DNA of 64,000 bases from a virus (taxonomy: Duplodnaviria; Caudoviricetes): the IMG/VR virus record IMGVR_UViG_3300032135_000291, positions 1-64,000 of that record; one strand, 5' to 3'. The notes beneath the pieces are model-generated. The model was not told the origin of the DNA and did not search any database. It saw only the letters and a program-made list of their open reading frames with translations. Of this stretch, positions 55,724-62,268 are shown piece after piece (the first letter of the stretch is position 1; each line of letters starts with the position of its first letter). A program made the translations under genes and the position numbers.

Positions 55724-56152
55724 ATGCCCACATGCAATATCCGTCACGAACCAGGGTCGGACGCACAGAAGAAGTGCGCCGTGCACGGCCGTCGAGTGGG
55801 CCGCGGGGTGGCAGCGAGTCTCACGCCGCCAATGCTTCGGCAGAAGACTCCGGAGGCCGCGATCCCGGAGTTGCCCGACGACGTGGCAGAGGGCCTTCTT
55901 CGCCGCCGCACGCAGAAGGGGTACTCCCACGATGCGTCGGTCGAACGGCTTGCGGAGATTGCGTCCGACGCCGAACTATCAGCAGTGGAAGTCAAGTACG
56001 CCTTGGTCAACGAGGACTTCGAGGACAGCGTCGTCAGTGCCGGGCTCGTGAGCGAGATGGTGCGGGGCGGACGCAGGATCAAGGACCTTTCGGCTCAGAT
56101 CGAGGCGGCAGAGTCGCGCTCTCCCGCGAAGGTCGCCGAAGCGACTGACTAG
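55724..56152 (+). CDS. Zn-knuckle family protein within the tRNA array
   Basis: MPTCNIRHEPGSDAQKKCAVH; SD AGGAG. Confidence 0.72.
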   Translation: MPTCNIRHEPGSDAQKKCAVHGRRVGRGVAASLTPPMLRQKTPEAAIPELPDDVAEGLLRRRTQKGYSHDASVERLAEIASDAELSAVEVKYALVNEDFEDSVVSAGLVSEMVRGGRRIKDLSAQIEAAESRSPAKVAEATD

Positions 56153-56179
56153 CGATCGTCCGTCCGCACCGCAACGCTT

Positions 56180-56268
56180 GGAACCGTCGCATAGTCCGGT
56201 CTAGTGCGCGTCCCTGCTAAGGACGTGGTGGGGCAACTCACCCGTGGGTTCAAATCCCACCGGTTCCG
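56180..56268 (+). tRNA. tRNA-Ser(GCT)
   Basis: CGTCC-CTGCTAA-GGACG, long variable arm. Confidence 0.92.
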
Positions 56269-56273
56269 CGCAA

Positions 56274-56360
56274 GGAAGATTCGCCTAGCGGTCTATGGCG
56301 CGCGCTTGGAAAGCGCGTTGGGCGTAAAAGCCCTCGGGGGTTCGAATCCCCCATCTTCCG
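56274..56360 (+). tRNA. tRNA-Ser(GGA)
   Basis: CGCGC-TTGGAAA-GCGCG. Confidence 0.92.
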
Positions 56361-56365
56361 CTCGT

Positions 56366-56455
56366 GGATGGCTGGCAGAGCGGCCAAATGCGCCGGTTTT
56401 GAAAGCCGGAGGCGGGGAGACTCGCTCGGGGGTTCGAATCCCTCGCCATCCGCCA
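56366..56455 (+). tRNA. tRNA-Ser(TGA)
   Basis: CCGGT-TTTGAAA-GCCGG; encoded CCA. Confidence 0.92.
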
Positions 56456-56456
56456 A

Positions 56457-56541
56457 GGAAGATTCGCCTAGTGGCCTATGGCAGCCGTTTCGAAAGCGGC
56501 CTGGGGTGAAACCCTCGGGGGTTCGAATCCTCCATCTTCCG
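56457..56541 (+). tRNA. tRNA-Ser(CGA)
   Basis: GCCGT-TTCGAAA-GCGGC. Confidence 0.92.
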
Positions 56542-56557
56542 CAAGAAGACCCCGCCC

Positions 56558-56630
56558 GCGCTCGTAGTTCAGGGGACAGAACGCCACCTTCCTACGGTGG
56601 ATGCCGGGGGTTCGAATCCCTCCGAGCGCA
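56558..56630 (+). tRNA. tRNA-Arg(CCT)
   Basis: CCACC-TTCCTAC-GGTGG. Confidence 0.88.
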
Positions 56631-56680
56631 CGTTTCTCCAAGCCAACTCCAAGCAACTGCAACTCTTGGAGTTGAGCATT

Positions 56681-56768
56681 GTCCGTCTGGCGGAATGGCA
56701 GACGCGCCGGCTCGAGGTGTCGGTGCCCCACGAAACGGGGCGTGAGGGTTCGAGTCCCTTGACGGACA
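56681..56768 (+). tRNA. tRNA-Leu(GAG), C33
   Basis: CCGGC-TCGAGGT-GTCGG, long variable arm. Confidence 0.85.
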
Positions 56769-56796
56769 CAACGCGGTCGCAGAACGGCCGCAGTAA

Positions 56797-56873
56797 GCCC
56801 ACCTAGCCCAATTGGCAGAGGCGTACGGCTCAAACCCGTACCAGTGAGGGTTCGAGTCCCTCGGTGGGCACCA
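56797..56873 (+). tRNA. tRNA-Leu(CAA) with short variable loop
   Basis: TACGG-CTCAAAC-CCGTA; 5-nt variable region; encoded CCA. Confidence 0.85.
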
Positions 56874-56899
56874 CCCGGTCGCTGCGGCGGACTGGGAGT

Positions 56900-56975
56900 G
56901 CCGCACAAGCACATGTGGACGTGCGCCCGCCCCGTAAGCGGGAGGCAGCGAGTTCAAGGCTCGCGTGCGGCTCCA
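56900..56975 (+). tRNA. tRNA-Thr(CGT), A8 and C33
   Basis: CCCGC-CCCGTAA-GCGGG; encoded CCA. Confidence 0.83.
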
Positions 56976-57004
56976 AGCGCCCCTCATTGGGGGCGTCAAG
57001 AATT

Positions 57005-57080
57005 GCCCTCGTAACTCAGCGGATAGAGTGCTGGCTTCCGGTGCCAGACGTCGCAGGTTCGAATCCTGTCGCGGGCGCCA
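57005..57080 (+). tRNA. tRNA-Arg(CCG)
   Basis: CTGGC-TTCCGGT-GCCAG; encoded CCA. Confidence 0.9.
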
Positions 57081-57113
57081 GCGGGCGGACAAACGCACCA
57101 CATGGGCGGCGCG

Positions 57114-57123
57114 TGGATACCCT
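57114..57123 (+). promoter_or_regulatory. Class B promoter motif (leadered)
   Basis: TGGA-TACCCT, then SD GAGGAGG and GTG 57154. Confidence 0.65.
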
Positions 57124-57153
57124 GGCGGAGAGAACATCCGAGGAGGCTGCCCC

Positions 57154-57729
57154 GTGCCCGCAGAGTGCCGAGTGAAACACGTCCCAGGCTCGCAGTCAGA
57201 GAGCCTGTGCCGGACGCACGGCGCGCGCGGCCGCGGACGTGGCTTCCGCCCTCCGGCACCCACACAGGAGACGGTGCAACGCGGATCCGTGGAGATGCCG
57301 GCCTGCGACGGGGACTCCTCCGAGCAGCGGGCCGAGATGCTTGCCGCGAACGGACCGATCGACACCCTTGCGGCGCAGCAGGGGCTGCTTCCGCTGAATG
57401 ACCGCGGCGTCTCGCTGCGCAAGGCGGCCACCGGTAAATGGCTCGTCCGCCTGACAATGCTCGAAGGCGAACCCGAGGCGGGGGAGTACGGGTTCGGGCG
57501 CACGCCCGAGGAGGCCTTCTACGCGGCGCTGACCGACTACACCGACGCTCCCGACGGCGCGGACGTCCTGATCAGCCGGGATCCAGAGAACTCGCTCGTA
57601 TCAGCGTCGGACGTCAGCGCGGTGTACGTGCTCGACCTGCATGACGAACGCGACTCCGAAGCGGCCAGGCCCAGCGACGATTCGGCCCGTGCATGGCTCT
57701 GTCGTCCTGATGGAGTGTTCTCCCTCTAA
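57154..57729 (+). CDS. Zn-knuckle family protein within the tRNA array
   Basis: CRVKHVPGSQSESLCRTH. Confidence 0.72.
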   Translation: MPAECRVKHVPGSQSESLCRTHGARGRGRGFRPPAPTQETVQRGSVEMPACDGDSSEQRAEMLAANGPIDTLAAQQGLLPLNDRGVSLRKAATGKWLVRLTMLEGEPEAGEYGFGRTPEEAFYAALTDYTDAPDGADVLISRDPENSLVSASDVSAVYVLDLHDERDSEAARPSDDSARAWLCRPDGVFSL

Positions 57730-57745
57730 CTTCTGTCCCACTCAT

Positions 57746-57817
57746 GGTGCCGTGGCTGAATTGGCTAGGCGCCGGACTGCAAATCCGGTCATACGGGTTC
57801 GAACCCCGTCGACACCT
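57746..57817 (+). tRNA. tRNA-Cys(GCA)
   Basis: CCGGA-CTGCAAA-TCCGG. Confidence 0.9.
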
Positions 57818-57823
57818 CGCGAA

Positions 57824-57896
57824 GCCCCCATCGTCTAGTGGCCTAGGACGCCGCCCTTTCACGGCGGTAGCACGGGTTCGAATCCCGTTGGGGGTA
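57824..57896 (+). tRNA. tRNA-Glu(TTC)
   Basis: CCGCC-CTTTCAC-GGCGG. Confidence 0.93.
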
Positions 57897-57919
57897 CTTC
57901 TCTACCGCATTCCTACAAG

Positions 57920-57931
57920 GCGTGGTAGACT
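57920..57931 (+). promoter_or_regulatory. Class A promoter motif before tmRNA
   Basis: GCGTGG-TAGACT. Confidence 0.55.
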
Positions 57932-57943
57932 TCTCCCGTACAA

Positions 57944-58340
57944 GGGGGCGAAATGGCATCGACAGTGCCGAGCAGCCTATTGCATCGAGCCGAGGAACTG
58001 GCTACCCACACCTCGTAAATCATGGGGCGGCCAAGCGAACCGTCGCGTAGATATCGCTCCGTCACCAGCGTGTGACGGGCGGCTCTGAGTGGGACCACCC
58101 TGGCCACACAGAATGCCGTTCGAGACCAGGGTGCGGCCGCTGCGGGTTTCCGCGACGTAGCGGGAGGACAACGGCGGAAACCGAGGCTCAACACCCGGGG
58201 TCACACTCGGGTCTCACTGCCTCAGCGCTTCGGCGTGAAGGTGAGTGGTGGCGGACGCGACCAGGATGCGTACGAAACGCTCGTAGACGTGTAGTGGGAT
58301 GGCGAAGTTCTGGATCGGAGTTCGACTCTCCGCGCCTCCA
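57944..58340 (+). ncRNA. ssrA: tmRNA
   Basis: 5' GGGGGCGAAATGGCATCGAC, 3' GGAG-TTCGACT-CTCC-G-CGCCTCC-A, G3:U70 acceptor stem, about 397 nt. Confidence 0.88.
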
Positions 58341-58377
58341 CAAAACGGATTACTCACGTAGTCCCGTGTTCCAGTTT

Positions 58378-58424
58378 GGTGCCCACTTGCATCGCCGAGA
58401 GGCGACGTGTGTGGGCACCTTTTT
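58378..58424 (+). terminator. Hairpin with U-tract after tmRNA
   Basis: GGTGCCCAC..GTGGGCACC-TTTTT. Confidence 0.55.
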
Positions 58425-58497
58425 GCCGGTGAAGCACAATTGGCCGTGCGCTCGACCTGTAATCGAGAGGCAGAGGGTTCGACCCCCTCCACCGGCT
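58425..58497 (+). tRNA. tRNA-Thr(TGT), A8 and C33
   Basis: CTCGA-CCTGTAA-TCGAG. Confidence 0.85.
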
Positions 58498-58529
58498 CCT
58501 AGCCCCCGCGGGCCGCCCCACGCTCACTC

Positions 58530-58602
58530 GCCCTCGTGGCTCAGCGGATAGAGCAGCGGATTTCTACCCCGAAGGTCGCAGGTTCGAATCCTGCCGAGGG
58601 CA
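58530..58602 (+). tRNA. tRNA-Arg(TCT), weak anticodon stem
   Basis: GCGGA-TTTCTAC-CCCGA (two terminal mismatches). Confidence 0.8.
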
Positions 58603-58692
58603 CACATCACGCCAACGCCGCGATCGGCCATTCCGTCGCGCGCGCACAAAGCATGGCGCAAGCATCAACAACTCGAAGGGAGGTGCAAGGCC

Positions 58693-59289
58693 ATGACCGC
58701 AGTATTCACGCTCGAGACCCGAGCAACAATCAACCAGCAGGACAGCATTCGTCGCGCAATGACACTCGTGGTCGGCGTTGACGGCCGCGTCTTGCACTTC
58801 GTCGAGTGGAAGCGTGCGATCTCGATGGTGACGGCCAGGCAGGCGTACGTCATCGATACCGTCAAGAGGCGGACAGACACCGGGGAGTTGGAAGACGCCC
58901 TCGTGCGGTCGCCCTCTGTGCGGATCCCCTTGCCGCTGATCGTGGGACTGCTGCCGCACGTGAGCGTCCCGGCCATCGCGTTCGTTCAGGCCAAGTCTGA
59001 GAAGGCGGGCCGAATCGCGATCCTTCGGCGAGACAAGAAGGTGTGCACGTACTGCGGGGAGCGGGGTCTGACCATCGACCACATCTTCCCCAAGTCGCGT
59101 GGCGGCCGCAGCACGTGGCAGAACCTCGTGGCCGCGTGCGGTGAGTGCAACAACCGCAAGGCGGACCGCACCCCGGAAGAGGCCGGCCTGGTCATGCTGT
59201 TCGACCCTCGCGTGTTCGAGGGCGGGATGGCCGACCTGCAGGCCGAGGTGTGGCGCCACATGGACGCCGCTTGCGGCGTTGTTGCCTGA
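58693..59289 (+). CDS. HNH endonuclease
   Basis: RRDKKVCTYCG..TIDHIFPKSRGG..WQNLVAACGECNNRK. Confidence 0.93.
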   Translation: MTAVFTLETRATINQQDSIRRAMTLVVGVDGRVLHFVEWKRAISMVTARQAYVIDTVKRRTDTGELEDALVRSPSVRIPLPLIVGLLPHVSVPAIAFVQAKSEKAGRIAILRRDKKVCTYCGERGLTIDHIFPKSRGGRSTWQNLVAACGECNNRKADRTPEEAGLVMLFDPRVFEGGMADLQAEVWRHMDAACGVVA

Positions 59290-59380
59290 CAGAACACTCG
59301 TCCACCGTGGCAGCAGAGGCTCGGTATCCGTACGTGGTGTCGGGCCTCTGCTGCGTCTTGGCCCAGGTGTTGCCTGAAAA

Positions 59381-59392
59381 GTGGGGTAGTCT
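59381..59392 (+). promoter_or_regulatory. Class A promoter motif variant
   Basis: AAAA-GTGGGG-TAGTCT upstream of 59422. Confidence 0.55.
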
Positions 59393-59421
59393 TTGCATAG
59401 CCCACCACACTCCATCGGAGG

Positions 59422-60216
59422 ATGACAATGACCGTCGTAGACCTCGACAGGACTCAGGCCTACATCCACCCCCACCATGGGGTGGCTTTGCTTGACGGTC
59501 CGACTGTCGAGCGGAGCGTCAAGGGACAACAGGTGCTCATGCAGCCGCTCGCCGCGGCGCAAGCACAGTCGTGGGCGGCGCTCCTCGGTTTGCCGGGCGG
59601 GGCGATCTTGGCAAACGCCGAGGTGCACTCGCTCGTACCCGTCTCCTTGCTCGACTCAGAGGCATGCTCCTGGGCGCGGTGCCCGCGCGTGGCGCTGGAA
59701 GACATCGTCCATCACCTGGACGTGGAGCCCGTGGACATGTGGATCGACCAGATCGACGCGCCGGCCCCGGCGAAGATGCTCAACGTTTGTCAGTCCCAAA
59801 TGGTGATGGTCGGCAGGGGCGACGACTCGACGGCCGAACTCTCCGAGTTGGTGCGCCAGGTCGCCGACTACTTGACGATGTGGCACCTCGTGGGGCTGTA
59901 CGGGGTCCTTGATCACGTTGTGGTCAGGAGAGGCCTCGCAGAGACCTTCGAGGAAGCCTTCACTCATGGCGGGCCATTTTGGAGCAGGTGCATCGCCCAG
60001 ACGTACACGATGCGTGTCTCTGGCCGCGACCTGATTGCGCTGCTCGGACGCGTCGTCTCGGTGATTGCGCTCAGCAGCGACCTGCGGCCCGAGCAGGTCG
60101 CTTCGACGCTCGAACTCGCCATCTCGAACCGGGTGCGGGCTCGCATCCTGGAACTTCGCGACCATGCGGCTGGGTGCCGCGCCAGCGTAGCAAATGTCGA
60201 TCCAACCAAGTGGTAG
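59422..60216 (+). CDS. Hypothetical protein
   Basis: Long ORF; SD GGAGG. Confidence 0.65.
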   Translation: MTMTVVDLDRTQAYIHPHHGVALLDGPTVERSVKGQQVLMQPLAAAQAQSWAALLGLPGGAILANAEVHSLVPVSLLDSEACSWARCPRVALEDIVHHLDVEPVDMWIDQIDAPAPAKMLNVCQSQMVMVGRGDDSTAELSELVRQVADYLTMWHLVGLYGVLDHVVVRRGLAETFEEAFTHGGPFWSRCIAQTYTMRVSGRDLIALLGRVVSVIALSSDLRPEQVASTLELAISNRVRARILELRDHAAGCRASVANVDPTKW

Positions 60217-60248
60217 TTTTGTCCTGATATTCTGAAAGGAAGTGCACC

Positions 60249-60509
60249 ATGTCCGAGAGCCCATTCAGTGGAATCGGCGAGACCGCAAGTTCCACCCCTG
60301 ACCAGCCCGCACAGGCCCCGAAGAGCAATGTTCGCGCGCACCTGAGGGCGATCGTCGGCACGATCCTTGTACTCGTCGGCTTCGCCTGGAAGTTCTTCGC
60401 CGGTAGCGCCTCTGGCGCCGACAGCAGCACTCTGGTCGACGCCGCATGGCTCGCCCCGATTGTGGTTGGTGGCGCGCTGCTCGTATGGAGCATGAGGCGT
60501 CGCACCTAA
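60249..60509 (+). CDS. Small two-TM membrane protein
   Basis: Two hydrophobic helices; SD AAGGA; AAGTGG-TAGTTT upstream. Confidence 0.65.
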   Translation: MSESPFSGIGETASSTPDQPAQAPKSNVRAHLRAIVGTILVLVGFAWKFFAGSASGADSSTLVDAAWLAPIVVGGALLVWSMRRRT

Positions 60510-60532
60510 GCGCGGTCTTCTCGCCCTTTGAG

Positions 60533-60544
60533 GTGTGGTAGTTT
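60533..60544 (+). promoter_or_regulatory. Class A promoter motif
   Basis: GTGTGG-TAGTTT-N6-ATG 60551. Confidence 0.7.
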
Positions 60545-60550
60545 TGACTC

Positions 60551-60865
60551 ATGACTAACGCAACTCTTGGAGAATTTAACGCTACCCTCGGCGAGTTTCT
60601 TGCATGGTCCGGTAAGCCGGCCCGTGAAGGCAGTGCACTTGAACGTGCGGCCATCGCGCTCGTGGAAGAACTCGCAGGGCAGTTCCTGAAAGAACGAAAC
60701 GACGCGATGATCGCTCTTGACGCAAATGCACCCTTCGAGCCCTTGCACGTCATTGATGGCGGCCTCACGCAGAAGCGGACCGCCGAAGAGATCCAGTGCA
60801 TGGCCGACCACCCGAGTGCCCGCGGGCACGGGGCGCAACGGTTGCAGGCGCTACCAGTTCGGTAG
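60551..60865 (+). CDS. Hypothetical protein (leaderless)
   Basis: ATG 6 nt after the class A -10. Confidence 0.6.
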   Translation: MTNATLGEFNATLGEFLAWSGKPAREGSALERAAIALVEELAGQFLKERNDAMIALDANAPFEPLHVIDGGLTQKRTAEEIQCMADHPSARGHGAQRLQALPVR

Positions 60866-60875
60866 GGCAGGCCCG

Positions 60876-60885
60876 CGGATACTCT
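60876..60885 (+). promoter_or_regulatory. Class B promoter motif (leadered)
   Basis: CGGA-TACTCT, then SD GAGG and GTG 60907. Confidence 0.6.
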
Positions 60886-60906
60886 GTAAAGAACAGAGAG
60901 GTATTC

Positions 60907-62268
60907 GTGACACGAAAGCAGAACACGGGCACGCAGGCGGGTCTCCTTGACTGCCCTGCGTGCGGTCGCGCGCACCGCGTTGGGTCCGACAGGTACAAGT
61001 TGTGCCAGGCGCGGCTTCAACCCGGGGGCGGGGCGCACCCTGCCGTTCGCGCGCGTCCCGTCGTTGTTGCTTTCGGGGAACTCTCCCGCACGGGCGAGGG
61101 GGAGCGACCAGCGCGCGAGCCGATGCCTCACCCGGTCTTCTCTGCCCAGGCGCTGCCACGCGACGTCCAGGCGGCCCCGCAGGACTCGCACGAGACCATT
61201 CCAACGACGCGTCCCGAGTCCAAACGGCTCGTTGCCACACTGCGTGCAGCGGCCGCCTCGGCGGTCCGCGAGTGGCGCGCCAAGGGCGCGGAGCCCACCC
61301 AGCACATGATGTTCGACATGGACGTGTACCGCGACGAGGTCATCGACCTCCTCGATATCCACATAGAGACCACGCGAGACGCCGAGCAAGCGCTGGCCTC
61401 GCGCGGGCTCGGATCCGCCACCGCAGGGTCGAGCGAGCACGCCGAACGGCTGTGCTACCACGCCATCAGGACAGTCAAGGGCCTCGCCATCCACCCGTCT
61501 GTCATGGCTCGCATTCTCGCGAGGGCAGATATTGGCTCCGGCTACGACTCCCGCGACTTCACCAAGTTCGCGATCGGCCTCCGCGCCGTCGCTCACACCA
61601 ACCCCGCAGTCCGCCGCGTGCTGTCCAAGCCCACAGAGGACGTCGACCCGAGCGACCTCAACGCCGTCGCGGCGCTCCTGCGCAATTTTGCCGCCACACG
61701 CTCCGGGCGCGTGCGACTCGACGAGGCGGGCCGCGCGAGAAGCGAAGTGCTTCGCGAGCACCTCGCCGGCTTCGGTCCGGACGCAATCACCGAGGTCAAC
61801 GAAACGATCGAACGGATCCATGCCGCAGCAGCCGCTCACGGGGAGTACTCGCCGCTGTCGGCGTCCGACGACTGTGGCGGGCTACTCGCGCTGCCGTCCG
61901 TTGTGGCCGGAGACCTCCTTGCGCACGGGCTCTCGTATGCCCAGTGGCGCGATCTTGGGTGGTCTCAGTACGCAGGAGACTCGCCCCTCATGCTGCTCGA
62001 GCCGGCGCTGGTCGCAATGCGTCGCGACGGAATGCCTGACGAGATGATCCTCGCGATTCGGCCAGATGTGGGGTCGGACGACACCGAGTATCCGTACTCC
62101 GTTTCACGATTCCTGGCAGGCCCCGGCGCATACGCCGTCGGCGGCCAAAGCGAACGGGGCGTTGAGGCGTTCGGCTCCGACGTCATCACGAACGAGGCGG
62201 AACAGATCCGTGAGCGGTTCGAGCGCGACACCCGCGGACGCAAGACGGACCGGCTTCCCGGCGTCTAA
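60907..62268 (+). CDS. Zn-knuckle (CCHC) family protein
   Basis: CPACGRAHRVGSDRYKLC followed by a Pro-rich linker and a helical domain. Confidence 0.72.
   Translation: MTRKQNTGTQAGLLDCPACGRAHRVGSDRYKLCQARLQPGGGAHPAVRARPVVVAFGELSRTGEGERPAREPMPHPVFSAQALPRDVQAAPQDSHETIPTTRPESKRLVATLRAAAASAVREWRAKGAEPTQHMMFDMDVYRDEVIDLLDIHIETTRDAEQALASRGLGSATAGSSEHAERLCYHAIRTVKGLAIHPSVMARILARADIGSGYDSRDFTKFAIGLRAVAHTNPAVRRVLSKPTEDVDPSDLNAVAALLRNFAATRSGRVRLDEAGRARSEVLREHLAGFGPDAITEVNETIERIHAAAAAHGEYSPLSASDDCGGLLALPSVVAGDLLAHGLSYAQWRDLGWSQYAGDSPLMLLEPALVAMRRDGMPDEMILAIRPDVGSDDTEYPYSVSRFLAGPGAYAVGGQSERGVEAFGSDVITNEAEQIRERFERDTRGRKTDRLPGV

Noticed and set aside
55597-56148. 183-aa ORF from the track
   Set aside because: Its GTG lies inside the SD-like motif; the overlapping frame starting at 55724 has an SD and the family knuckle
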